From contig CAWJAC010000005.1 in the NCBI GenBank assembly GCA_963840745.1, positions 17,615 to 81,614 of the forward strand: DNA of 64,000 bases, in the 5' to 3' direction. Under the pieces are notes generated by a model. The model saw only the letters and a list, made by a program, of their open reading frames with translations, had not been told where the DNA came from and made no database searches. Made by a program: the position numbers and the translations under genes. Numbering within the stretch: the stretch's first letter is position 1; every line of letters starts with the position of its first letter. This DNA is from Candidatus Zambryskiibacteriota bacterium (GTDB lineage: Bacteria > Patescibacteriota > Minisyncoccia > Phycocordibacterales > WO2-35-19). Shown one piece after another: positions 55,666 to 64,000 of this stretch.

Positions 55666-57345
55666 ATGACATCGGTGGAAATCAGAAAAAAATATTTGGA
55701 ATTTTTTGAAAGCAAAGGACATAAAATAATCCCGTCGGCTTCCTTGGTACCCGAAAACGATCCTTCAGTGCTTTTCACGACAGCGGGAATGCAACAATTT
55801 AAACCCTATTATATCGGCAAGAAAAATGCAGAGGAGAATTTTGGCACATTAAATACCGTTTCCGTTCAAAAATGCGTCCGCACTTCGGATATTGATGAGG
55901 TGGGAGATGAAAGTCACCTGACATTTTTTGAAATGCTCGGCAATTTTTCGTTTGGCGGATATTGGAAAGAGGAAGCTATAAAATACGCCCACGAATTTAT
56001 AACCAGTCCAAAGTGGATGAATTTGAAGATAGATTATGTTTCTGTTTTCGCCGGCGAAGAAGGTGTGCCTGCCGATACGGAGTCGGAAAAAATTTGGAAA
56101 AGTATTGATTCAAAAATAGAAGTAAAGAAATCAGGAAGAGCCGATAACTTTTGGGGACCCACCGGAGAAGAGGGTCCTTGCGGCCCTACCACCGAAATTT
56201 ACGTTGATGGAATTGAGATTTGGAATATTGTTTTCAACGAATTTTATCAAAATAAAGATAAAACTTTGCGACCACTCGAAATCAAAGGCATTGATACCGG
56301 TATGGGCTTGGAGCGCCTGACCAAAGTTGTCCAAAAAGTAATGACTGTTTTTGATACGGATTTGTTTGTACCAATATTAGAAACTTTGTCTAAAGTAGAG
56401 AACGTTCATATCAAACGAATTGTGGCTGATCATGTTCGTGCTTCGGTATTTATGATTGCTGACGGAATAATGCCTTCGAACAAAGAAAGGGGATATGTTT
56501 TGCGACGTTTAATACGGAGAATTATTGCTCATGAACGTACACAAAACAAAAACTTCTCTTCATATGACGTTGTTAGTTCCGTTATCAATACATATAGTGA
56601 TATAGATAGAAATATAAAAGAAAATAAAATATTAGAAGTATTTATGGATGAGGCAAAAGATTTTTCCAGTACATTAGAAAAAGGATTGAAAGAGTTTGAA
56701 AGAGGTGTTGATCCGTTCACCCTTTTCACTTCTTACGGATTTCCGCTTGAATTAACGAAAGAGCTAGCCAAAGAAAAGGGGATTGAGATAGATGAAAATA
56801 AATTTAATGAAGAAATGAAGAAGCACCAAGAGATTTCAAAAGCAGGAATGGAGCAAAAGTTTAAGGGGGGATTGGGAGGACACAGCGAAATGGAAATAAA
56901 ATATCACACAGCCACTCATCTTTTAAGGCAAGCGCTGGAAATAGTTTTGGGAGAAAAGATTATGCAGAAAGGAAGTAACATAACGGCCGAGAGATTGAGG
57001 TTTGATTTTAATCACGATACCAAAATGACAGATGAGGAAAAGAAAAAAGTGGAGGATTTGGTAAACCAAAAAATTTCTGAAAATTTGCCGGTTAATAAAG
57101 TAGTAATGAATAGGGAAGAAGCCGAAAAAACCGGTGCCGCTCATGCTTTTGGCGACAAATATGGTGACGAAGTTAGCATTTATATAATCGGTCCAAACCC
57201 TTCGGCGGGCTCAGGATCTCCTTTCAGTCGAGAATTTTGCGGCGGACCCCACGTTTCCAATACTTCTGAACTCGGCCATTTCAAAATCACCAAGGAAGAG
57301 TCCGTCTCCGCCGGCGTCCGCCGCATTAAGGCAGTTTTGGAATAA
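55666..57345 (+). CDS. alaS: alanine--tRNA ligase (short form, no C-Ala domain)
   Basis: LFTTAGMQ, H.TFFEMLGNFS, DTGMGLER, HTATHLL, CGGPHV, GVRRIKA. Confidence 0.96.
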   Translation: MTSVEIRKKYLEFFESKGHKIIPSASLVPENDPSVLFTTAGMQQFKPYYIGKKNAEENFGTLNTVSVQKCVRTSDIDEVGDESHLTFFEMLGNFSFGGYWKEEAIKYAHEFITSPKWMNLKIDYVSVFAGEEGVPADTESEKIWKSIDSKIEVKKSGRADNFWGPTGEEGPCGPTTEIYVDGIEIWNIVFNEFYQNKDKTLRPLEIKGIDTGMGLERLTKVVQKVMTVFDTDLFVPILETLSKVENVHIKRIVADHVRASVFMIADGIMPSNKERGYVLRRLIRRIIAHERTQNKNFSSYDVVSSVINTYSDIDRNIKENKILEVFMDEAKDFSSTLEKGLKEFERGVDPFTLFTSYGFPLELTKELAKEKGIEIDENKFNEEMKKHQEISKAGMEQKFKGGLGGHSEMEIKYHTATHLLRQALEIVLGEKIMQKGSNITAERLRFDFNHDTKMTDEEKKKVEDLVNQKISENLPVNKVVMNREEAEKTGAAHAFGDKYGDEVSIYIIGPNPSAGSGSPFSREFCGGPHVSNTSELGHFKITKEESVSAGVRRIKAVLE

Positions 57346-57406
57346 ATAAAACATTTTTCCACTTTTTTGTTGCACACAAAATAAAATAAAGGTCTATAAT
57401 GTAGAC

Positions 57407-58828
57407 ATGCCAAGAATACAATTTAGCGATGTTACTCCTCCAGAGAATAGGAGAAGCATTAGGGATATACCAATTCCAAACGGCGGCAAGAGGAAAGTGC
57501 CGATTGTTATAAAACCGGAAAAAACAGCAGTTCAAGAAACAGAGCCTGTTGCTTTTGATAGACCATCTTCTGATTTTAATTCCAAAATGTCCGAGATAAC
57601 AGAAAAGAAAGAGGGAGGTGCTTATGAATATTATTATCCCAAAAACGATCAGGAACTGCAGAAAGCCGGTAAACATTTAAATAAATCGAGAAAGAAGCAG
57701 TGGATATTTGGGACTATAATAGCTGTTTTAATCGGCATTTTTATCGTGAGTATGATGACTGTGTTTGCTTCAGCTACCGTATCCATCACACCCAAAAGCC
57801 AAGATATCGATGTGGATATGAAAATAACCGGCACAGTAGGGAAGACGGCGGGTACAGTTAGATATGAAGTTGTAAAACTTTCAGAATCAAAAACAGCCTC
57901 TGTCCCGGCAACAGGCGAGACGGCGGCCGAAATAAAAGCTTCCGGCAAAATTGTCATTTATAATGATTTCTCCACTGATCCCCAAAGACTTATCGTCCGC
58001 ACCAGATTTGAAACCCCGAATGGCCTTATATATAGAATACCGGAGTCGGTTGTCGTCCCGGGCAAAACAGTCAAAAACGGGGTAGATACGCCAGGCAACA
58101 TAGAAACAACGATTTTTGCCGATGAAGCTGGAGATAAATACAATATTAAAAAATCTGACTTTACTATTCCCGGATTTAAAAGCGACGCCAATCGTTATAA
58201 AAATATTTATGCCAGATCGTCGACCGACATTACCGGCGGTTTTGTAGGCAAAGTCAAAACAGTTTCCGATACTGATAAACAAACCGCTTTGCAAAACATC
58301 GATTCGCAAGCGCAAACTGAATTGGAAAAAAATCTTGAGTCAAAAATACCGGAAGAGCTGACTTTAATATCGGGTTCCATAGTATACAAATCAGAAGAAT
58401 TGGCCCCCCAAGAAGAATCTTCCTCCGTTACTTTAGAGAAGAACGTAACGGCTTATGCCATAATGCTTAACAAGCAAGATTTATCAGACCAAATAACAAA
58501 TGAATATACCGCCAGCTCTTCAGATTGGAGTAATATCAAATCAATCATTAAAGATTTTTCCCTTTTGAAAATGATTACTCCACCGGACAATTTAGATACC
58601 GGTAATAATTTAAGTCTGCAAATTAACGGCAAGGCAAAGGTTTTAGCGGATATCGATACAAATATTATAGGCCAAAGGCTCTTGGGTGCTCCCAAAGGAG
58701 ATGTGGCCAAACTTATGGATGAATTTGCCGGCATCTCAAATATAAGGAGCGCCATAAGACCCATCTGGAAGCAAACTTTCCCGTCAAATTCTTCAAAAAT
58801 ATACGTCCTAATAACCGATGGTAACTAA
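57407..58828 (+). CDS. membrane-anchored hypothetical protein with a large beta-rich domain
   Basis: 473-aa ORF, one TM helix; KASG.I.IYN, TRF, F.IPG motifs. Confidence 0.75.
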   Translation: MPRIQFSDVTPPENRRSIRDIPIPNGGKRKVPIVIKPEKTAVQETEPVAFDRPSSDFNSKMSEITEKKEGGAYEYYYPKNDQELQKAGKHLNKSRKKQWIFGTIIAVLIGIFIVSMMTVFASATVSITPKSQDIDVDMKITGTVGKTAGTVRYEVVKLSESKTASVPATGETAAEIKASGKIVIYNDFSTDPQRLIVRTRFETPNGLIYRIPESVVVPGKTVKNGVDTPGNIETTIFADEAGDKYNIKKSDFTIPGFKSDANRYKNIYARSSTDITGGFVGKVKTVSDTDKQTALQNIDSQAQTELEKNLESKIPEELTLISGSIVYKSEELAPQEESSSVTLEKNVTAYAIMLNKQDLSDQITNEYTASSSDWSNIKSIIKDFSLLKMITPPDNLDTGNNLSLQINGKAKVLADIDTNIIGQRLLGAPKGDVAKLMDEFAGISNIRSAIRPIWKQTFPSNSSKIYVLITDGN

Positions 58829-58830
58829 AC

Positions 58831-58860
58831 TTGACACTAAGTAGGCTAATATGCTAACCT
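58831..58860 (+). promoter_or_regulatory. promoter of the infA-alpha cluster
   Basis: TTGACA-N18-TAACCT with extended -10 TG. Confidence 0.5.
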
Positions 58861-58875
58861 TTTGCTATTCTTCAA

Positions 58876-59106
58876 ATGACAGATAAAGAAAGGTTGGAGA
58901 CGAAAATTGGTATGATAACGGAAGCGCTTCCGAATGCGTTTTTCCGTGTCAAATTACAAGAAGGAGAATTGCTTGCATATTTATCGGGTAAAATGAGACT
59001 TAACAGAATTAAAGTCATCATTGGCGATTCTGTTGAAGTTGTGCTTGATCCCTATGGGGGAAAGGGCAGAATTGTGCGCAGACTTGATAGTAGACGAGCC
59101 ATTTAA
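58876..59106 (+). CDS. infA: translation initiation factor IF-1
   Basis: EALPNA.FRV.L, LAYLSGKMR..RI.V..GD.V. Confidence 0.95.
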   Translation: MTDKERLETKIGMITEALPNAFFRVKLQEGELLAYLSGKMRLNRIKVIIGDSVEVVLDPYGGKGRIVRRLDSRRAI

Positions 59107-59118
59107 TAGGGAATGGGA

Positions 59119-59235
59119 ATGAAAGTAAAAGCTTCAATAAAGAAAATGTGCCCAAAATGTAAGTTAGTTCGCCGAGGAGGCGTTTTGTTTGTGGTTTGCA
59201 AAGCAAATCCGAAACATAAACAAAGACAAGGATAA
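59119..59235 (+). CDS. rpmJ: 50S ribosomal protein L36 (below the ORF-track cutoff)
   Basis: [38 protein letters not shown]. Confidence 0.97.
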   Translation: MKVKASIKKMCPKCKLVRRGGVLFVVCKANPKHKQRQG

Positions 59236-59240
59236 AAATT

Positions 59241-59621
59241 ATGAGAATTTTAGGAATTACAATACCAGAGACCAAAAGACTTGAGATAGGGCTAACCACC
59301 CTTTTTGGAGTCGGTAGACCTCAGGCTCATAAAATTTTAGATAAAGCCAAAGTAGATTGGGGAACCACAGCCAAAGAATTGAGTCCGGAAAAAGAAAACG
59401 AAATAAAAAAAATAATAGAAGGCCTAAAAATCGAAGGTGATTTAAAAAGAGAAATTTCCGGAAATATAAAAAGATTAAAAGATATTAAATGTTATAGAGG
59501 CATAAGGCATAACAAGTCACTCCCGGTCAGGGGCCAACGAACAAAAACCAATTCCCGCACCCGAAGGGGTAACACCCGAAAGACCATGGGTACCGGAAGA
59601 AGAGCAGTCGAAAAGAAATAA
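59241..59621 (+). CDS. rpsM: 30S ribosomal protein S13
   Basis: EGDL.RE...NIKRL..I.CYRG.RH...LPVRGQRTKTN. Confidence 0.97.
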   Translation: MRILGITIPETKRLEIGLTTLFGVGRPQAHKILDKAKVDWGTTAKELSPEKENEIKKIIEGLKIEGDLKREISGNIKRLKDIKCYRGIRHNKSLPVRGQRTKTNSRTRRGNTRKTMGTGRRAVEKK

Positions 59622-59653
59622 AGGAGGAGTTATAAATACAAACAAAAATTAAA

Positions 59654-60094
59654 ATGGGAAAGAAAAGAATTGTAAAAACGGATGAGGAATCTGCCGAAAA
59701 TAAAAATGACGCAAAAACAAGTGTGTCAGAGGTTTCCAGTAAAAAAAGAGTTGAGGCTGGTATACTTTTTGTGCGATCAACATACAACAATACTGAGCTG
59801 GTACTGACAGACAAGAAAGGCAATGTTATCGCTTTTGAATCAAGCGGCAAGTTGGGATTCAAAGGAGCCAAAAAGGGCACTCCCTTTGCCGCCGCCAAAG
59901 TGGGCGAGGTTTTGGGAACTAAAGCGGTAGCCTTAGGAGTAAAAGAAATTGCGGTTGTAGTCAAAGGAGTCGGTTCAGGCCGGGAATCAGGCATAAGGGG
60001 TTTTATATCAAAAGGCATAAATATAACCTCTATAAAAGATGCCACTCCGGTGCCTCATAACGGCCCCAAACCCAAAAAACCAAGGAGAGTATAA
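59654..60094 (+). CDS. rpsK: 30S ribosomal protein S11
   Basis: STYNNT, GFKG.KKGTPFAA, D.TPVPHNG. Confidence 0.97.
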   Translation: MGKKRIVKTDEESAENKNDAKTSVSEVSSKKRVEAGILFVRSTYNNTELVLTDKKGNVIAFESSGKLGFKGAKKGTPFAAAKVGEVLGTKAVALGVKEIAVVVKGVGSGRESGIRGFISKGINITSIKDATPVPHNGPKPKKPRRV

Positions 60095-60103
60095 ATAAAA
60101 AAT

Positions 60104-60712
60104 ATGATAATAGGTCCAAAATACAAAATAGCTCGCCGACTCAAGGCTCCAATTTTTGAGAAAACCCAAACTCAAAAATATAGCTTGCGAGAAGAGCGCA
60201 AAAATAAGAAAAAATCTTTTAGCAGGCCAAGGACTGATTTTGGCATTCAATTAAATGAAAAACAAAAAGCCAGAATGTTTTACTGCATTACCGAAAAACA
60301 ATTCGCTAAGTATGTGAATCAGGCCTTGGCCAAAAAAACCAGTTCGCCGTTGGTTAATCTTCTAAAATTTCTGGAGCATCGTTTGGATAATGTGGTTTGG
60401 AGAGCGGGCATTTTGCCAACTCACCTTTCCGCCAGACAAGGCGTTTCGCACGGGCACTTTTTGGTGAATGGTAAAAAAGTTTATGTGCCATCTTATGCGG
60501 TGAGAGAAGGAGACAAAATCAGCATTCGACAAGGGAGCCGGGACAGCAAGCTTTTCAACGAATTGGAAAATAAAATGATAGAAACAAAAACGCCCGACTG
60601 GATGTCTTGGGATAGTAAGACAAAAGAGCTTTCCATAAAAAGCGGATCTTTCGCCGATAAATCTGATTTATTGTTTGATCTCGGTCAAGTCATTGAATAT
60701 TACCAAAGGTAA
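60104..60712 (+). CDS. rpsD: 30S ribosomal protein S4
   Basis: GPK.KIARRL, QL.EKQK, LE.RLDNVV.R, ARQ.VSHGH. Confidence 0.97.
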   Translation: MIIGPKYKIARRLKAPIFEKTQTQKYSLREERKNKKKSFSRPRTDFGIQLNEKQKARMFYCITEKQFAKYVNQALAKKTSSPLVNLLKFLEHRLDNVVWRAGILPTHLSARQGVSHGHFLVNGKKVYVPSYAVREGDKISIRQGSRDSKLFNELENKMIETKTPDWMSWDSKTKELSIKSGSFADKSDLLFDLGQVIEYYQR

Positions 60713-60751
60713 AATATAATAATATTTTGTTTAATCTTAATTTTTAATATT

Positions 60752-61744
60752 ATGACAATGGATAATTTTGATAAAGCGGTCATATTGCCATCGAAACCGA
60801 AGGTGATTTCCGAAGACAATACCAAAGGTGTTTATGAGATCAATGGATTTTATCCGGGTTTTGGCTTTACCATTGGCAACAGCCTGCGACGCATTATTCT
60901 GTCTAGTTTGCCCGGAGCGGCCATCACTTCAATAAAAATAGCCGGCGTTGAACATGAATTTTCTTCTATAAATGGAGTCAAGGAGGACGTAGTGATGATA
61001 ATGATTAATATTAAAAAAATCAGAGTCAAAATGCTCTCAAACGAACCCCAAACTATCACCATAAAAGCCAAAGGAGTAAAAACCGTGACTGCTAAAGACA
61101 TCGAAGCTCCCGGACAAGTGGAAATTATAAATCCGGAACTGGTTATCGCCACCCTCACCGACAAAGATTCGGATCTTAATATAGAAATGACTGTGGAGAA
61201 AGGCCTCGGTTTCGTCACTCGCGACAGCCTCGGTAAAAACAAAGTCGATATTGGCACCATTGTTTTGGATGCAAATTTCACTCCGATCAGGAGAGTTAGT
61301 TATGAGGTTGAAAATATGCGAGTCAGCGACCGCACTGATTTTAATCGGCTGAGAATATTTATTGAAACCGACGGTAGCATCACCCCCAAAGAATCTCTTG
61401 AAAAATCAATCAATATTATGATTGAACAATTGAAAGCCATTACCGGTTTTGAGGAAAAAGATTCTTTGTTAGATGAAAATATTCCAGACGATAATGACAA
61501 AAATTTGAGTGAATCGGCCGACAGCAGAAGCCAAAAAATGGATCCGGAATTCCTGAAAACCCGCATTGAGAATTTGAATCTTTCGGTCAGAACCTTAAAC
61601 GCACTTTCAAGCGCCAACATCAGAACAATCGGCGGCTTAGCCAGAAAGAAAGAAAAAGATATTTTGGAGGTGGAAGGGCTTGGAGCTAAAGGTGTTGCTG
61701 AAATCAAAAGAGTTTTGGCCGACCATGGCATTATCTTAAAATAA
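60752..61744 (+). CDS. rpoA: RNA polymerase subunit alpha
   Basis: GFG.TIGNSLRR..LSSLPG, HEFS.I.GV.ED, LSVR..N.L. Confidence 0.97.
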   Translation: MTMDNFDKAVILPSKPKVISEDNTKGVYEINGFYPGFGFTIGNSLRRIILSSLPGAAITSIKIAGVEHEFSSINGVKEDVVMIMINIKKIRVKMLSNEPQTITIKAKGVKTVTAKDIEAPGQVEIINPELVIATLTDKDSDLNIEMTVEKGLGFVTRDSLGKNKVDIGTIVLDANFTPIRRVSYEVENMRVSDRTDFNRLRIFIETDGSITPKESLEKSINIMIEQLKAITGFEEKDSLLDENIPDDNDKNLSESADSRSQKMDPEFLKTRIENLNLSVRTLNALSSANIRTIGGLARKKEKDILEVEGLGAKGVAEIKRVLADHGIILK

Positions 61745-62095
61745 ATGAGACATCACAACACAAACAGAAAACTTAGTAGGGTGCGCAAAGTGAGAAAGGC
61801 TTTGATTAATTCTCTTGCCAGATCTTTAGTTTTGCATCAGAAAATACAGACCACTGAACCCAAAGCAAAAGAGCTTCGACCTTTCGTTGAAAAACTTATA
61901 ACCAAAGGCAAACTGAAAAACGTTGCTGCCAGAAGAGCAATCAATGAGAAGTTGGGACCAAAAGCCACCAAAATATTGGTTGACACGCTTTCCAAAAAAT
62001 ACGAAAACCGAAATGGGGGATTTACCAGAATCATCAAATCTCAAAGAAGGCCTTCAGATGGCAGCAAAATGGCAATAATAGAGTTTGTAAAGTAA
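61745..62095 (+). CDS. rplQ: 50S ribosomal protein L17
   Basis: MRH...RKL.R, TT..KAKELR..VEKLIT, R.GGFTRI. Confidence 0.97.
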   Translation: MRHHNTNRKLSRVRKVRKALINSLARSLVLHQKIQTTEPKAKELRPFVEKLITKGKLKNVAARRAINEKLGPKATKILVDTLSKKYENRNGGFTRIIKSQRRPSDGSKMAIIEFVK

Positions 62096-62100
62096 AAAAT

Positions 62101-62445
62101 ATGGAATACACAATAGACGCACAAGGGAAAAAGTTGGGCCGGATCGCTTCTGAAGCGGCGGTTATTTTAATGGGCAAAAACCGAACTGATTTCGTCCGCA
62201 ACGCCATCCCGAATGTAAAATTGAAAATAACAAACTCTTCAAAAATATTCACCACCAACAAAAAAATGCTGCAGAAAGTTTACAAAAACTATTCCGGCTA
62301 TCCGGGAGGGCTGCGGGAGAGAAGCATGAAAAAAGTTGTTCAGGATGGCGGTATGAAAGAAGCTTTGAGAATTGCTGTTAAGGGCATGTTGCCTAAAAAT
62401 AAATTGAGAGATAGGATGATGAAAAATTTAATAATTACCAAATAA
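62101..62445 (+). CDS. rplM: 50S ribosomal protein L13 (compact)
   Basis: IDA.GK.LGR.AS, SGYPGGL, AVKGMLPKNKL. Confidence 0.95.
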   Translation: MEYTIDAQGKKLGRIASEAAVILMGKNRTDFVRNAIPNVKLKITNSSKIFTTNKKMLQKVYKNYSGYPGGLRERSMKKVVQDGGMKEALRIAVKGMLPKNKLRDRMMKNLIITK

Positions 62446-62446
62446 A

Positions 62447-62860
62447 ATGCCAGCCATCAAAGAAAAAACAGTAGAAAAATACACCGAAGCGATCGGTAGA
62501 AGGAAAACATCAACAGCTCGAGTACGCATTACTCCCGCTGCTAAAAACACTTTTAAAATAAACGATCGCGATTTGGCTTCATATTTCCCGACCGAAGAGC
62601 TTCGTAAGATAGTTGAGGAAGCCCAAAATAAAGCAAAGGCCGGCAATTTTAATATTTCGGCACACATTAAGGGCGGGGGAGTTCATTCTCAAGCCGAAGC
62701 TCTACGGCACGGCATAACCAGAGCTCTAGTTAAATACGACGAAACTTTTAAAGCTAAACTTAAGAGCGCCGGTTTCTTAAAGCGAGATCCACGCGCCAAA
62801 GAACGCCGCAAATTCGGCCTCAAAAAAGCCAGGAAGGCACCACAATGGAGCAAGCGATAG
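62447..62860 (+). CDS. rpsI: 30S ribosomal protein S9
   Basis: GRRKTS.ARV, GGG...QA.A.RHG, RDPR.KER.K.GLKKARKAPQWSKR. Confidence 0.97.
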   Translation: MPAIKEKTVEKYTEAIGRRKTSTARVRITPAAKNTFKINDRDLASYFPTEELRKIVEEAQNKAKAGNFNISAHIKGGGVHSQAEALRHGITRALVKYDETFKAKLKSAGFLKRDPRAKERRKFGLKKARKAPQWSKR

Positions 62861-62883
62861 GCAACCTCCCACAATTTTCAACC

Positions 62884-62918
62884 AATCGGCTCATTTCTTA
62901 ACACTTGAGCCGATTTTC
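62884..62918 (+). terminator. intrinsic terminator after rpsI
   Basis: AATCGGCTCA / TGAGCCGATT stem with a short T tail. Confidence 0.65.
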
Positions 62919-62957
62919 GTGGTAAAATATAAAAAATTATTACTCTAATAAAATTTT

Positions 62958-63359
62958 ATGCTCAAAGAATTCAAACAATTTTTGCTAAGGGGGAACGTGG
63001 TTGATTTGGCGGTCGGTGTTGTCATTGGCGCCGCATTTGGCTCGGTGGTTACGGCTTTGGTGTCAGATATACTAACTCCGCTTATAGCCGCCATAGCCAA
63101 AGTGCCGGACTTTGGCGGATTAATCTTTACCATTAACGGCAGCAAGTTTATGTACGGCCATTTTATAAATGCCGTTATTTCATTTTTGCTTGTGGCTTCC
63201 GCTATATTTTTCTTTGTAATCAAGCCCATAAATGCCCTCATTGCCCGCTCGCATAAAGAGCCTCCGGCCGACCCCACCACCAAAAAATGCCCCGAATGCC
63301 AGAGCGAAATTCCCCTGGGTGCCCGCCGCTGCTCCCACTGCACCCAAGTGGTTGTATAA
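62958..63359 (+). CDS. mscL: large-conductance mechanosensitive channel with C-terminal zinc ribbon
   Basis: EFK.F..RGNVVDLAVGVVIGAAF; tail CPEC...IP..A.RC.HC. Confidence 0.95.
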   Translation: MLKEFKQFLLRGNVVDLAVGVVIGAAFGSVVTALVSDILTPLIAAIAKVPDFGGLIFTINGSKFMYGHFINAVISFLLVASAIFFFVIKPINALIARSHKEPPADPTTKKCPECQSEIPLGARRCSHCTQVVV

Positions 63360-63376
63360 AATATTAAGATAGGATT

Positions 63377-63967
63377 ATGAAAAAGCGGGTAATAATCATT
63401 GTAACAATCGCGGTTGTTGCCGTATCATTTATTGTTATCAGCAGGAACAAAAAGTCGACACTTTCTCCGGTACCGAATATTAACATAACAAGTATGGAAA
63501 CTTTAAAAATTACGAGCGGTGCATTTGAGGAAAACGGACTCATACCTTCAAAATACACTTGCGACGGCCAGAATATTAATCCGCCGCTTGAAATTGGCGG
63601 CATGCCAAGCGAAGCCAAATCCCTTGCCTTAATTATGTACGACCCGGATATTCCGGAGGCGGCCAAAAAATCTTTGGGCGTTGATATCTTCGTCCACTGG
63701 ATTAAATTTAATATTCCGGCAACCACCACTGCAATAAAAGAGGGGCAAGAGCCCGGCGGCACTCTAGGCAAAGGTGGCAGCGGCAAATTAATTTACGTCG
63801 GCCCTTGTCCACCGGATAGGGAACATCGATACTTTTTCCAAATTTACGCGCTTGACTCAAAGCTTAATCTGCCCGAAGGCTCTAGCAAAGAAGAACTTGA
63901 GCAAGCAATGGAAGGCCACATCTTAGCCTGGGGAGAGTTGGTGGGGAGATATAACAGGACAAAGTGA
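63377..63967 (+). CDS. YbhB/YbcL (PEBP-like) protein
   Basis: IP.KYTCDG, DPD, HW, Y.GPCPP, HRY.F..YALD. Confidence 0.92.
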   Translation: MKKRVIIIVTIAVVAVSFIVISRNKKSTLSPVPNINITSMETLKITSGAFEENGLIPSKYTCDGQNINPPLEIGGMPSEAKSLALIMYDPDIPEAAKKSLGVDIFVHWIKFNIPATTTAIKEGQEPGGTLGKGGSGKLIYVGPCPPDREHRYFFQIYALDSKLNLPEGSSKEELEQAMEGHILAWGELVGRYNRTK

Positions 63968-64000
63968 TTAATATGTAGTATAATGCAAGTATTATTAATA

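Noticed and set aside
57407-58828. Possible phage baseplate-like protein
   Set aside because: It has a TM anchor, sits between alaS and infA and has no phage neighbours; more likely a chromosomal gene.
58876-62860. infA-alpha cluster detached from secY/spc and joined to rplM-rpsI
   Set aside because: Rearrangements of this kind are common in bacteria; not novel.
544-63786. Numerous 60-180 aa antisense or shifted ORFs overlapping real genes
   Set aside because: Shadow ORFs with no motifs, lying opposite or within confidently identified CDSs.

Overview
A gene-dense, AT-rich bacterial chromosome segment in genetic code 11. Gene content suggests a Patescibacteria/CPR (Parcubacteria-like) host: short AlaS/LeuS/L13, DUF5671- and DUF5666-like proteins, a standalone SWIB protein and many apparently leaderless genes. 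This assignment is inferred, not proven. The right half (about 36-64 kb) is mostly housekeeping: typA, pyrD, pgi, ychF, leuS, mltG, mnmA, udg, pepF, alaS, the infA-rpmJ-rpsM-rpsK-rpsD-rpoA-rplQ-rplM-rpsI cluster and mscL. The left half is accessory and envelope-related. It holds ddl, dnaX, a DedA/GT2/PAP2 cluster, a P1B-ATPase, two ECF sigma loci, tandem M14 peptidases, an ApbE flavinylation module, msrAB and a MacAB-like exporter. Main candidates for follow-up: (1) an orphan PemK/MazF-like toxin faced by a convergent ~80-nt antisense RNA unit with its own promoter, tetraloop hairpins and terminator; (2) a ~5-kb element at tRNA-Gln that combines a large serine recombinase (its C-terminus is read from the antisense tRNA), an HUH rolling-circle Rep with a phiX174-like nick site beside a hairpin, and a methyltransferase plus HNH nuclease cargo; (3) repeated ECF-type promoters and several promoter-to-terminator units with no convincing ORF. 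About seven frame disruptions fall in accessory genes and may be assembly errors. All family calls come from motif recognition by eye, with no database search.
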